Shown here: positions 25,775-39,117 of the stretch, piece after piece | How positions within the stretch are numbered: the first letter of the stretch is position 1 | Layout: every line of letters begins with the position of its first letter | DNA from: Mytilus trossulus | Taxonomy: Eukaryota | Direction: 5' to 3' | NCBI RefSeq assembly: GCF_036588685.1 | Contig: NC_086375.1 | Span: forward strand, 63,178,001-63,242,000 | DNA length: 64,000 nt | The notes under the pieces: generated by a model | The model's database searches: none | What the model was told of the DNA's origin: nothing | Seen by the model: the letters and a program-made list of their open reading frames with translations, nothing else | Program-made: the position numbers and the translations under genes

Positions 25775-28700
25775 CACGCATTTTCAATAAGGGGGTGCAT
25801 TTGCGATATTTCAATATCGAAAATTTGAAGGAAAACAAACCCAACAATTCATGCTGATTTTGTTTCATTGATATGTTGTCTTGCTCGATATAAAAGCATT
25901 TGAACAAATAACAAAGGGTTTTCGTTTCACGATTCGCCAACTACAAGCTAAAATACTGTTCTAAAACTAGTTTAAAATGTCCGTTACGCTGCAGGTACTC
26001 CAATAGATATTCAAGTGTTTTTATTTTACGAATATCCTCGTTTGAATAATGGGTGTGATCGCTTAACATATGCCGTAAATGACTTTCCCGTTTCAACATT
26101 TACCTACTGTTGTACTTTTTCACTCTTTTCTCACTAATTCAAAATTGCATATCTTTTTACAGAGTAAAACTCCTGGCAAAATTATTTAAAAGGTTGCGTT
26201 TAATTCCGGAATATGTCAATAATCTGGATATTTTGTAATGACAAAGTTATATGACATCCTGCAAACTGACATAGTATCCAAAATGTGAAAGTTAATCAGT
26301 TAAAAAAAGTCAGTGTTTAGTAAAACCCATATATTTTCCGCAGGCTTATGAAAGTAACGAACATTTTCTAAAAATGGTTAAAAAATTAAATACAATCTTT
26401 TTTGTATTCTGAAGGAGAGAGTGTTGAGAGATGTTGGGAAAACGATGATAAAGTGCAGCATTATAATTGAAACTTGATATATATCTGAAATTAAGGACTT
26501 CCTGGTGTTTCGACCAAAACGAAATGTACGTTACTGTAGTGACACAATACAGAAACACATTTTCTTGTCAATTTCAGAATGAAATATAGCTACTAAAAGT
26601 TAAAATTTGATAGAAATGAGAGTATATTATAGACAATTCAATGAAACAACATGTAAACTTTAATAAACAGAAGCAAGTAACGAACATTTCAAAATTTTAT
26701 AATCTTCTGCTCAAGTCAATTTTTATTACTGTAAAGTTTCTCAATTTTTGCTGCATCATCGGGGTTTACTTTAAGCATTCTTTTCGATTTCCCGGAGGGT
26801 TGTGGATTTGATATCTTGCACAAAATGTCCTTACGGTCAACCCAAATGATATCAGACCTACTTGGCCACTGGAACATTGCTTTCTTCTTTTCTAGAAAAG
26901 AGATTTCAATGGTGTTATCTTCAATATCGATTGTTTTTATTTGACCGATGTACCATTTATTTAAGTAGATAGCAGCCACGTAATCTGCAATGCTATAGTC
27001 CATTTCTGGATAGGTTTCCCTGGCTTCATCTGCAACCTCTGCTGTTTCACCCTCTTGAGTTCCGGTCTTCAAAACTGTTTCCAGCTGCCAATTTTCACAT
27101 GTAAATTCATCTGACAAACAGGTTACGCAATAACAACTTGTATTACGAACAGCAACTACATCATTGCCCTTTTCTGCTACAGCATGTAATTTCATCGTAC
27201 CTGGTACCGGACGAAGCTTTTGTTCAGATAAAAGTTTGCTTTTGTTTTCACATTTGTCTTTTGGCAAGAAAATAAACTTGATGCTCTTTAGGCTACATGA
27301 TTGTGATTGTGTCCATGCAAAGAAATCATGTGGGTCTTGTATTGCGACTTTCCCAGTACGCACCGCTTCGTCTGCCATTCGTTTACTAGTACCTCCAATC
27401 CCATCGCATGGGCCTTTCCCATGACCGGCCTCCCAATAGTTCCACTTGGCCCTTATGCCGTAATCGAGACTGTGATTGGCAATAGCATTAAATATTGCTT
27501 TATTGCGATATTGAGATGTCGGACTATCCGTCCAGTAATGGATACATTCTACAGTTGGAAGAAGTTGTTTTATCTCTGGTATAATTAGGTCGATGATGGA
27601 TAGTACAGTTGCTGAATTGTGACCCATCTCATCTGAGATTACTACTATACTTTTGTGTAGCAGCTCATCCTCGTCAACCTCGTAGTAAACTACAACGGGA
27701 TGTATTGTCACGCTAGTCTGATTCCAATAGGCAGACTGGATCTCTTCCACGGATTTGCACTGATAGTTTTCGGCAAAGTCCATATGTACAATGCAATGAT
27801 TTTTTGGTAGATTTATCTTCAATTCTTTCATTTGTGCATATTGTGTTTGTATTCTTGTTACATGGTCTTTGAATTCGTTCATCTGTTTTTCGAAATGAGC
27901 TATAAATCCACTTTTGTCAACTGTGCTGTCTACAACTTTCATTGTCATTTTTGTTCTGCCCTTCTCTTCTACTTTAACTCTTTTCCACTGACTAAATACC
28001 ACATCACTGGCCTCTGTATTTTTCATGTCTTGTATAATCTTTTCTTGTTTTTCAACTTCTTTTTCTGCATTCAAAGAAACGTCTATTCCTAATCGTTTTA
28101 CAGCTTTTAATGTAAATGACATGTTTTGGTGTTTGGTACATAAACATGTGTCTCTTCTTATAAATGATGTCAGAAGAATATTCTTTGGACGAAGTCGTGT
28201 AAAGGTGGTAAATGACAGCTTCACTGTGGGATGCTCCATCATAAATTTATGGTACAAGTTTGAAAGGTAGTCTGTCAAGATTCTTTTCTGAACTTTCTTA
28301 GCATCTGTTTTAACATAATCTGCCTTTCCTGGCATAACTCTAGAGTTTTCATCCCTCTGTAGAAATCTTGTTACATTGTATCTATACTTTCCCATCTCTC
28401 GAATTCGATAAAACCTTTTGATATTGATGTCTTTAGTTGCTACTTTTGCTAGTTTATTTCTACTGAGTCCTATTCTTTGTGCTAGTGTCTTAATCATCCT
28501 GTACTTTTTCATGGTTTTACCCGAGACAATGTTTCTTACTATCCTAGTTCTCATTCTTGCCTGAGTCGATGTTCCCTCTCCTGCTGATTTAATTTCATTA
28601 CAAATTGTATTAGCGAAAAGTAATTCTTTTCTGACACTGCTTCTCTGTTCAGCTGATAAGTTCATTTCATCGAGTTGCTGTTCAGTTTTGGATCTTGGTG

Positions 28701-30810
28701 TACTTGTGTTTTTGTCAGTTTTTTTTCGTTTCACTCGTTGCAAAGAGCGAGCAGTTGTTCTGTACTTCCTCTTTAAATTTTCATGCTTGGCTTGTAGACT
28801 TTTCATTTCGGCCTTTATTTTAGTTAATTCTTTGCTTATTCTCATTTTCGGACCATTGGCTTTCTTCTGGAATCTCATTTGGACCAGCAGTCTATTTTCA
28901 GTAGGAATGACAGACGATGTTCCACTTTCATATCCACTTGTGGAGGGTTCAATCTGCTGGTTATTGGCATGGATTAATTCTAATACCTCTTTTTTTCTTG
29001 CTCTATAATGTTTTAGATAATCTCTGTTATATTCGTTTCTTTGCCTCCTCTTTCTTTGAGATAATTGACTACTAGGTACATAATTTTGTTTCCGTCTCTC
29101 TCTTTCCTTTTGAAGATAAGCTTCATTGTTTTTTTCTTTCAGGCGCTGTCTGTATTCTCTCTGAATCTGGGCCCTCGATTTGACCATTCCTGTAAATGAA
29201 AGATAATTGTATGTAGATACGGGTTCAATGATATACATAAAAAGCTTTCGGGGAAGTCGTTGAAGTCTTTAGAAATATTTATTTAGTAAACATTTAAATT
29301 TGAATACAAAATTTCATACGAGGTAAGCTAAAAATTATTTTGAAATGTTCGTTACTAGAGACGAAATGTACGTTACCACTACATATGTGGGAATTGTCCT
29401 ACATTTTGAATGCACAAACTTAAACGTGACGATTGGAAACGTAGTACTGTCATCACATTAGTAATTTCTTCAAGAAATTGCATTCAAGTTGCATGCATTC
29501 TTTTGAAGCAGGTAAGTTATCATAGACGTGATAATTTTCAATACAAAAATATTAGAAAACGTCTGTTTCTGTAGGATTCAACTTTTTATTAATTTGTTAT
29601 GTACTTTTATTTATTCAACTGACATACAATTATGCAATGAAAAGTGATAAATAGACATAGTGATAGTTTTAAGACAACATTAAAGAACTATTTCAATGTG
29701 TATAAATAGTAAAAAGTTCGTTACTTTATATAACGAACATGTCACAACTACAATGTCATTGATTAACACATTTTAAGACATCCATGTCAATTACGATGTA
29801 TGACCATATTGTTTGGGTTATTATGTAAACACGGTGATATAATATTTCATAGTTGTGTATTTCATAATAAGAAATGCGTAATAATGTAAAATGTAAACGT
29901 ACCTTATAAATGTGGATCCTTCTCCTGTCAAAAGTGTATAAATGAATGAAACTGTTTTCGTTTTAAATAAATGGCGGCAGTCAACTCATCCAGCATCCCA
30001 TACTTTTATGTAAAGCTATCACGTTTTGAGTCTGTTTCGTATCCTAGGTAACGAATTTGTCAGTAACGTACATTTCAAGTATACTGAAGACCTTCAATTT
30101 AAGAAACCAATAGAGTTTATTGAATCGAAAAGGTTTATTTTTCTAGAAAGGATAATATACAGAATTACCCAGTGCTAATCGGAATATACTGAGGTTTAAC
30201 TGAGAGAAGTTTTTAGCAGTAACGAACATGTCATAACTACGTTTTTACATCTAATATCTTCCCTTCCGACATTCCCAGAATCTGTTAACTGTACAATACA
30301 GAAAATTATATCTGTCTTGATTTGAGTAACTTTATCAACAAAGTTTTATTCCCTGTTTCAGCTCAAGTTTGATCATGTATATATATATATATTAAAAATT
30401 TCGACGTATTTAAGTTGGCGTAACGAACATGTACCTGCTTTTTGTGACAACCCTTAAGGAGTATGCTGTCATGCGTTTTCGGGAGATTGACGAATGAAAG
30501 TTTTTTCCCTGAAAGATATCACCAATTCCTCAACGCTGTGTAACTGTAAGGGATAAAGAAATGCACAAAGAGGCAACTTTCTAGTGATCAACACCTTATT
30601 TAAGATTTGGCGACAGTAACGAACATTTCAATTTGTTGATTCCGTTACCGAAAATTAAAAAAAAAAATTAAAAATTCTGATAACATTTTTTAATTAAAAG
30701 AGTGTTGGTCCACATGGATTAAAAATATACAGCAAATAAATCTGATACTCATACAGGAATTCGTACACACACCGGCGACAGCACATGCACCCTCTTATTG
30801 AAAATGCGTG
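25775..30810 (-). mobile_element. Full-length autonomous DNA transposon (5,036 bp)
   Basis: 30-bp TIRs cacgcattttcaataaggggg.. (25775-25804) and ..ccctcttattgaaaatgcgtg (30781-30810), 28/30 identical. GGA on both flanks. Uninterrupted transposase ORF. Repeated GTAACGAACAT motifs in both non-coding arms. Confidence 0.85.
26716..29187 (-). CDS. DDE/D transposase, Sola2-like, 823 aa from the probable ATG at 29187
   Basis: Motifs CLCTKH, HMDFAENY, QSAYW, WTDSPTSQYRNK, GHGKGPCDGIGG, SCYCVTC and a C-terminal Tudor/SH3-like block. Acceptor tttcatttacag lies 2 nt before ATG 29187, with a candidate donor at 29902 (5' UTR intron). Subfamily assignment is from motif recall only. Confidence 0.8.
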   Translation of the reverse strand: MVKSRAQIQREYRQRLKEKNNEAYLQKERERRKQNYVPSSQLSQRKRRQRNEYNRDYLKHYRARKKEVLELIHANNQQIEPSTSGYESGTSSVIPTENRLLVQMRFQKKANGPKMRISKELTKIKAEMKSLQAKHENLKRKYRTTARSLQRVKRKKTDKNTSTPRSKTEQQLDEMNLSAEQRSSVRKELLFANTICNEIKSAGEGTSTQARMRTRIVRNIVSGKTMKKYRMIKTLAQRIGLSRNKLAKVATKDINIKRFYRIREMGKYRYNVTRFLQRDENSRVMPGKADYVKTDAKKVQKRILTDYLSNLYHKFMMEHPTVKLSFTTFTRLRPKNILLTSFIRRDTCLCTKHQNMSFTLKAVKRLGIDVSLNAEKEVEKQEKIIQDMKNTEASDVVFSQWKRVKVEEKGRTKMTMKVVDSTVDKSGFIAHFEKQMNEFKDHVTRIQTQYAQMKELKINLPKNHCIVHMDFAENYQCKSVEEIQSAYWNQTSVTIHPVVVYYEVDEDELLHKSIVVISDEMGHNSATVLSIIDLIIPEIKQLLPTVECIHYWTDSPTSQYRNKAIFNAIANHSLDYGIRAKWNYWEAGHGKGPCDGIGGTSKRMADEAVRTGKVAIQDPHDFFAWTQSQSCSLKSIKFIFLPKDKCENKSKLLSEQKLRPVPGTMKLHAVAEKGNDVVAVRNTSCYCVTCLSDEFTCENWQLETVLKTGTQEGETAEVADEARETYPEMDYSIADYVAAIYLNKWYIGQIKTIDIEDNTIEISFLEKKKAMFQWPSRSDIIWVDRKDILCKISNPQPSGKSKRMLKVNPDDAAKIEKLYSNKN

Positions 30811-33800
30811 GGAGCTAAAATGGGGGATATACAAAAAAAAGATTTTATGAGGAGCGGTTCTACAATTTTGAGGTATGAGATTGTGTGCATAAAGACATTT
30901 TATTTTCATCAAGGGATAACATCCAGAAAGATATTCGAAAGATGACAAAAAGTAACATCAAGTGTGACGGAAAGATAAGATTTTTACAGTCTGTGTGTAA
31001 AGATAATAAAGTTAGTCCTCTACCAGAGAAAATGCTTTCTACTAATATTATCCAACATGAATCCTTACCAAAAGCAACAGAGAGAAAAGGTATATAAGCA
31101 TAAAAAACAGAAAATCCTAGTCTAACTATACAAATCCTTGGATAAACTAATGAGTCACCTCGCCCCCACTAACCAAATGACGTATAAGTTAAAGCAATTA
31201 GCAAACATCTCACAGTTGGAAGGCAAACGCCTGAATCTGACAGTTAAAGGTCAATTTGTCGACAAAAAAAGGACCCGTATGTAAAAGGTTTACGCCCACA
31301 AACAGCGCCACCTATAATTTTGTCTACGGCATCTTTGAGAACGATGTCCCGTTCTGTAGTAAATTAAAACATTAAATTAACTAAAACATATAAAAGTAAG
31401 TGTAAAAAACATATTGAAAGATATATTTGCAGATGACTGGTTATGCATGATACGCTGGCAATGTGCGCAATGTCCTTTAATCGAAGATTGAAAATTAGTT
31501 TGTTTCCTACGTCAAAATGGCGGATTTCAATGTTTACATTTTTTCCTCTATTTATAATCTGACACAATTTCATATCCAATCATTTATTAGCAATTTTATT
31601 ATTGATCTTTGGAGATCATCCAATTAGATTTGCCGTTAGAAAGTGGCTATACGTTACCAGCCATCGTTACAAAGTAGCCATGTGTTTTGTGGGGATACCT
31701 TGGGAATGTTGTGTATTCAAAAGTTACGGTAAAAATCAATGTTTTCTTCATTATGTTTCCATGCATACACAAGTCATACCACCAAATCCATTATTTACAG
31801 ACCTCATAAGGTAAACAGACATATTTAGCTGTCTGCTTTAGCAAAAATTCGTGTAAATAAGGCCTGATGGGTCGTTTTGAATTCAAGTACAGCCGACAAA
31901 CACGTGGTAGATTGTTTATGTTTGACAGTTTGCTTTACCTTAATTGCACGTCGATGTTACATATATACTTAGCAATAACCTTTATCGTGTTATACTTTCA
32001 AGAGTTATATAAAACATCTTGTCTAAGAAACTGGTCTAGCGAGGTGCAGGGACTTCCTTTACTAGGTCTTTAAATAGTGAGGGTGTAATGTGATGTTTAC
32101 AAATTACCATATTTACATTACAGCATTTTTTTTTGCATTTGATATATTTCATATACATGTACATTTTATGTACACAAAGAACAATAGAGTAAATAAACAT
32201 GCATGGATTTAAGACATTTAATTCCCACCCTAGGTATAAAATTTTATACTCATTATACATTGGAACAAATAGAGCAGATTGCAATTGACATTATTATGTA
32301 TTAAATGTCTAAAATCCTAGCTGATTGATGGGGCCAAATCCTCAACATATTTTTTTCTATAAAGTATACAGCAGCTCCTCCAAGGATTAGTAAGGGAATA
32401 CTTTACATATAGTCCAATGGCTAAGTCCTGTCTTTTTTGTCTTTGATTATTCCTTATTTATATTATCATTTCTATTATTCTCTTGTACATGTAGTAAGAC
32501 AAAAGCTATTGGTACTCTTATTTTCCTCATTTGCCTGAAAACAATGGAATGTATTCATTGTTGATGTATGTAAAGTGACTTGTAATTTAACTGTCACTGC
32601 TAACAGGTACTTGGACTCTGGTGATAAGTTTCTAGACTGTTATCTTATTGGCAATTATACCATATTTAAATGTCAGTTTCCCCTTTATAACTTTTAAAGA
32701 AAAGAATTAAATGACAGTATAATAAGTTGTAAAAAATTTGAAATGTTTAGCACAAGTGCAAAATTTAATTGGCATATTCAAGAAAATCTAGAGATATTGA
32801 AAAATGTTGCAATTTAAAATAAATGTTTTGCACTCAGAAAACTATAAATACAGTACAGATATTGTTTTAATTAAGACTTTGAGAATATTTGCCTGTTTAA
32901 TAATCATGATAATAGAAGATATAATTGTTATACCCTTTTTTACTAATATATGTGTGGCCCTGGTCTGGCTGTGGTTTAAAATCTAAGAATGGAGTTGGTT
33001 ATATTCATGTTTATCTGATTTATATCAACATTATTGTGTCAATTATATAAATCATTGTAACACATTACTTTGCTCTTCATGACCTTTTTTAATTGGAATA
33101 AAATATCTTATCTTATCTTATACCACATCTCTTTTATTTTAGTACTAACAGGTTAATTTTAAAAGCATTTGAAGTAAGTGAGATGTTGACAAGCTTTTAT
33201 ATAGTCCATGATTGTAAATACAGATAATATCATGAGTTTTTTTTATAAAAGTAAATAATGTGATTAAATTGATTATCTCAATTAAAAGAACTGACATTCT
33301 TATTTGATACTATGAGATTATTTCTGATATCAGAATAATAAATATCTTATTGTTGTCCTGTTTACAAAAAAACATTAACATACTTAATTTAAGTCAGTTT
33401 TATTTTTGTCTATGACTACTATAACATGGGAAGTGGCCGTGCAATCTCTATGTTATACATTGTAGTGTTCTCAGGTTTTTGTTTTTCAATTGATTATGCA
33501 TTTTAGAGCAGGTAAGTATGAATTTGGATTAAATTTAAAGTTGATTCAGTATATTTTATGATATAATACCACTATTGTATTTCAACAAAGCATTTTCAAA
33601 CTTTATTTACTGGTCAGCTTTATAGCTTACTATTCAATCAATAATTTAATTGAATGCACTCAACAGTTGGTTGCAGGACTATTGAATTCAAATATAAGAA
33701 GAAGAAAAATAAAGCAAAATTTGAAATAATACATATAATAGGAATTATGATGAGAACTGCATGATATCAGGTTGCAATACAGCTTTTGCTCAGTTATCTT

Positions 33801-35531
33801 TGTGTTGATTATTATGTTCTAAATCCCTTTCTGGTTCTTTGGGTTCAGATATTTTCTCTTGATTAAGGCAAGCAACATAACTTGTACATCTTATAAAGGT
33901 TCTTATCTCAGGGTGAATCCAGACAATTTTAAACATAAGTGGTGGTATTCTCAACCAAGGATAAAAAGGAGAGTTAACTATATGATCCCTGAATTCAAAT
34001 GCATTAATCTTCCATAAAAGAGGAGGTCACCAGAACCCCTGGGATCCACCACTGTGTCTTAAAGCAGGTACAATAAAACAAGCATTGTACATGTACTTCT
34101 GTCCACTGCAAATTCATATTATTTTCATTCAAAAGTATAAATGTTCACAATTTTAAAGACTATATTTCCTTTGTTTCCATATTCAGTTTGCTTTCATGCA
34201 ATGAAAAGTTCAATTCTATTGTTACACAGGTTCTACTGACAACTGATAAACCCCTCTTGTATCCTTCTATCTACCAAAAGGGTGTTTGAGAAAATACAAT
34301 AAGTCCAAGTTCAGAATTTTCTTCTTTGGAAGTGTTCAATAACCTGTAAGTACTTGAAAAAAAATGTCATATTCAACCTTCCCATGACTATTTTAATGTT
34401 ACAACAGTAGAGGAACATGGAATATTGAAAATTTACTGAAGAAATTGTCGAAATATATCTGCAATCATTAATTTTACTCGAATTTACTGTTGTGAACTTG
34501 CAATATCCTACGATGCGCGTACCGAGTTATCTCCCTTTGATCTCCGCTTCGCAACGAATAATCTGACACAATTGCGTATCCGGGGTTTTTGTGATCTGAT
34601 AAAGTACTTTTAGAAGCAAAAAATGGTTTTACTTCATATTTTATACCCCTCAACACGTTACCAAACCTATTTGAGGAATTATAAAGGATTTCCGTGGACC
34701 TACGCAAATTTTCAGAAAAAAAGTTTCACTTCACTCGTGAATTTATAACATTTTTACAACACTTTTTAATGATAATTATATAAAATAAGGAAGCTTATTC
34801 AATCTAGAATTGAACTCTTTGGTTTTTATCAATGTACGAGTACAAATAAGACAATACGAGTTCAAAAACCACGAGGCGTGCACGTTTACCAAAAATCGTA
34901 AACTCTGACCTTTTATCACGTGACCAATGTCTTGACCTTAGAAGCCATTAAATCGTTTGCCGTTCAACTGTCAAATGGTTGCAAACGAAAACTTTGTAAA
35001 TACAGCTGTTTCACAAGCCAAACTGCTCTCAAACACACTATTCATAAGAACTTGGAAATTATCTCAATAGATATAGGAAGATGTAGTATGAGTGCCAATG
35101 AGACAACTCTCCATCCAAATAACAATTTAAAAAGTAAACCATTATAGGTTAAAGTACGGCCTTCAACACGGAGCCTTGGCTCACACCGAACAACAAGCTA
35201 TAAAGGGCCCCAAAATTATTAGTGTAAAACCATTCAAACTGGAAAACCAACGGTCTATATATAAACAAAATTAATACATACTAATCATTTGTATACTTGG
35301 ATATTGAGGTTTAAAAATTTCTATAGTTGTTTATATCCACAGCCTGTGGTCTCTGTGCGGTTGTTGTATCGTTGTCAATCATACAACATTTCGGTGGTTT
35401 TTTATCAATGGCGTTTCATTTTTAAGGATATTTTTTTATCTTTTTTTATGCGAAATGTTTGATTTTTTTGTTTTTATTTATGTACTATTTGATTTTAAAA
35501 TCGGATGTTTTATAATTACTGTTTGATAAAG

Positions 35532-38500
35532 GTAAACGACCAGCACCAAACCCTAGCGTTTATGACTTTCCCGAGGAATACTGGCCATCACCAGACACAG
35601 AACTAGTACCTTCAGACATGAGTGCAAATCAGGTAGTCATTGTTGAACATACGTTAATGCTAGCTTAAAAAAATCTAATTCTTATAATAATTCCTCACTT
35701 AGCAATACATGCATCTACAAGTAAGAGTACGAAGTATTGGACTGCCAATGCGACTATTCGTGAAGCCAATTTTACATTAGTGGTGACAATCGTGTCAATA
35801 GTTCATCGCATAAGCTTGTTATCAGCTAAATAAGATCAATGGAGGTTGAAAAATATCATTGTACTTTGTACTTAAAAAGTTTCTCAAATACATATTCCAA
35901 ATGTTGTTATTTCATTTCATACTTATATCATACATTTATGACTGATAATAAGACTATCTTCAGCTATTGATGGAGTGTAGCAGAGAAAAAAGAAGGAAAA
36001 AAGAAAACCATTCTAATAGCGCCGTAGAACCTAATTCGTAAGCATCTCCTTTATACCCTCTTGTATATACTTGGCATTGTTTACTGATTGATTGAAGTGA
36101 AACAATTCGAAAAAAGAATTTGTGAACAAATATTTTGTAAATGTTTAAGTTTCGCTACATATGATATATAGTATGTGGTCTGATCATTCACTTTAATACC
36201 ATGTTACAGATCACACAAGCTCGAGAAAAACTTTGCATGTTTGATATGAAGAGATGAAACATGCACAATTATTCAATTTCGGCTGCACATTGAAAAAATG
36301 AGATAGTTACAATATAGTTTTCCATAAATTTACAAAAGGGGAATCTTTATCACACAGGGATCGACATATTATAACCAGACATATCCAAACCATGCACACC
36401 ATTCATTAAGAAGGTTAATATTACAAACGTTGTTTCAAATTAAAAAATAAACAGCTGCGCCATGAGCGCATGATACGCCCGATGTCTTATGTGGAAGTTA
36501 TATGCAATAATCATAAATAGTTTCTGAGAAAGTTTTAAGCAATAACCATATATAGTTTTTGAGACACAGCGGGAAACCCCCCCACCCTGGTTTTTTTTTT
36601 TACAAAAAACTCAATATCACTAAAATAAAATTTTGAATCAAAACCAAAAAGTATACAGATCTTTAGATTAATGAGACAAAGAAGTGTGTAAAGTTTTAAG
36701 CAATAATCATAAATTATTTTTGAGATACAGCGTGACATGTAAAAAAAACTCCCTTGTTTAACAAAATACTCAATAACTCAAAAATAAAATTTTGAATCAT
36801 CAGCACAAAGTATACAGATCTTTAGATCGATATAACAAAGAAGTGTGTAAAGTTTTAAGCAATAATCATAAATTGTTATAGAGATACGGCACAACATGTA
36901 AAAAACCCTCCCCCTTTTTAACAAAATACTCGATCACACAAAAATAAAATTTTGAATCATCATCAAAAAGTATACAGATATTAAGATTTATATAACTAAG
37001 AAGTGATTAATATAACAAAGACATGTGTAAAGTTTGTAGCAATAATCATAAATCTATTTTGAGATATGGCGCGACATGTAAAAAAAACCTCCCCCTTTTT
37101 TACAAAATACTCAATAACTCAAAAATGAAATTTTGAATCATCACCAAAAAGTATACAGATATTAAGATTTATATAACTAAGAAGTGTTTAAAGTTTTAAG
37201 CCATAATCAAGAATAGTTTTTGAGATACAGTGCGACATGTGAAATAAACACCCCCTGTTTTAGCTACTAAGTGCCGTAAATCAAAAAGTTTAAATCTAAT
37301 TTTCACCAAAAAGTATACAGATCATTTGACCATCATAAGAAACAATTATATTAAGTTTCATGAAATTTGGATAAGTTGTTCTCAAGTTACGGTGCGACAT
37401 GTTTACGCCGGACAGACGGACGGACAGACGGACGGACACCGGACATGTGTATACCATAATACGTCCCGTCAAAATTTTGACGGGCGTATAAAAATAGCAT
37501 TACAAATGTGTTGGTTATAGCATATATCAAATAATTGAATTGGGTATGACTTAGTTAAAGATCTCCCTGTTCATATTCCTTACATTAAACACCGGTTATA
37601 ATGTAGTTCTGAAAAGCAGTGGTAATTAAGGATTTATTGAGCTGCGAATTAAACACAAACCATCGACTGGTGTTAATTTCTGCGAGGAAAGAAACATCTA
37701 TTATGTAAATGGCATTTATATTTTTTACAGATCGTCTTTAGACCTTTTAAATGCGGTAAGAAGAACTGAACGTTTGCCAATTGTCTCCCTTAAACAGAAT
37801 CTTTCCGTGGTAAAACAAGCACTAAGTTATCCGGATAGTACAATATTTGAACAGAAAATCACAGAGAAGAGAAAGACCTTTGTCAAGGTATTTAACTGTT
37901 GATGTGCGAGTTCTGTCGATCAGATTTCAAACTACTAGTAATTGATGTTTCGATTAAAATCGTCAATTAAACAGTTTTGGTTTTCGTACACAAATTGGGT
38001 TTTACCCCCATAAATCAAAGTTTAAAAGGAATAGGTAAAAAATAAAATATATATTCTGATAATTTAATCTCAATTGAAACCGCTAAATTCTTAGACTTGT
38101 TCCTTTGTTCGTTTCAAACAGTGCTGCTAACGAAGAGTGAAAAAAAACCAAATAGTATTATAATCCACTTCACGTACCGCTATAAAGATGATATCCTGTT
38201 TATACCATTCAACTTGTTCTTATAAAAGCACCACAGATATATGATCATACAGTAGCTCTGCTTCGTATTTCCACTGTTTAAATATGTTTGTATATTTTTT
38301 AGACTTTGAAAGAAGTTTTTGCTGAACGAAATATCGGAGACTCTCCTAATATAGATTGTCCTGAGCAGCTGACTAGGGAGATAGGTAGACGATTGCGACT
38401 TTGCTTAATGGGTCAAAGAACAGTCAAATCCATACCATGTGGCATCGATATAACAATCGATAACCTCAAGTCTAATGTTACTGAAACAAGAACCTCAAAC

Positions 38501-38536
38501 ATTTATCCAGAATCAAGTTCAGAAGTGTGCGTGTAA
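35532..38536 (+). CDS. Last four coding exons of an uncharacterised gene ('gene X'); 5' part unresolved
   Basis: Exons 35532-35632, 35964-36037, 37731-37887 and 38303-38536 have AG/GT ends and chain in frame without stops (GKRPAPNPSVYDFPEEYWP...LLMECSREKRRKKE...SSLDLLNAVRRTERLP...TLKEVFAERN...EVCV*). AATAAA at about 38632. No family recognised. Confidence 0.65.
36450..37493. mobile_element. HINE-like element, family 3 (mirror copy 53756-54799)
   Basis: atacgccc / gggcgtat subterminal inverted motif, ~160-bp tandem units, GGAC microsatellite, terminal palindrome cccgtcaaaattttgacggg. Confidence 0.75.
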
Positions 38537-38996
38537 TAACTTCAATGTACCATGGTTTGGACAAGCGGACCTTAAAATTTGCATTGCCTAAATCTGGTTG
38601 ATCATCATCATCTTTATGCTGTTTTAACTTCAATAAAACATTTAGTCGTTTTTTTCCTATTCTCTTATTTTTGTTTCATTCTGTATAGTTTATTTTGTAT
38701 TTGTTGAACTGTTATTCTGTTATTCTGCTTGAAGATAAAAAAAGAAAATCCGTATTGAAAAAGTAACAAGGACAAAATGGTACATGGTTGTAATTGCCAA
38801 TGAAAGATATACAAACCTATCAACACACCACACTAACACACACAAACCAACAAAATGAAACACAGTCTTAACAAAAGGCAAATATTTAGCTAATCGCCAC
38901 AGTGTCTTAACTAATTGCAAATAAAGAGGTGATAACAACATTTAGCATTTAATATTGGTTCTCCTGGTATAAACCACCCATCAATGTAGAAATAAA

Positions 38997-39117
38997 ACCA
39001 ATACTTGCACCAAATAAACAAGTATAATCAATACTTGTACAAAATATCCAAGTATAATCAATACTTGTACCAAATATCCAAGTATAACCAATACTTGTAC
39101 CAAACATCCAAGTATAT
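38997..39117. repeat. 30-bp minisatellite, 4 copies (mirror 52132-52252)
   Basis: atacttg recurs at 39001, 39031, 39061 and 39091. Confidence 0.9.

Noticed and set aside
27164-29008. Five plus-strand ORFs within the transposase
   Set aside because: Antisense shadows of the long minus-strand ORF with no recognisable motifs.
25791-30794. GRG...CYC as the true Sola2-type termini
   Set aside because: The flanks (ataa / ttat) are not a direct repeat, and the inverted match continues 16 bp further outward to a GGA duplication.
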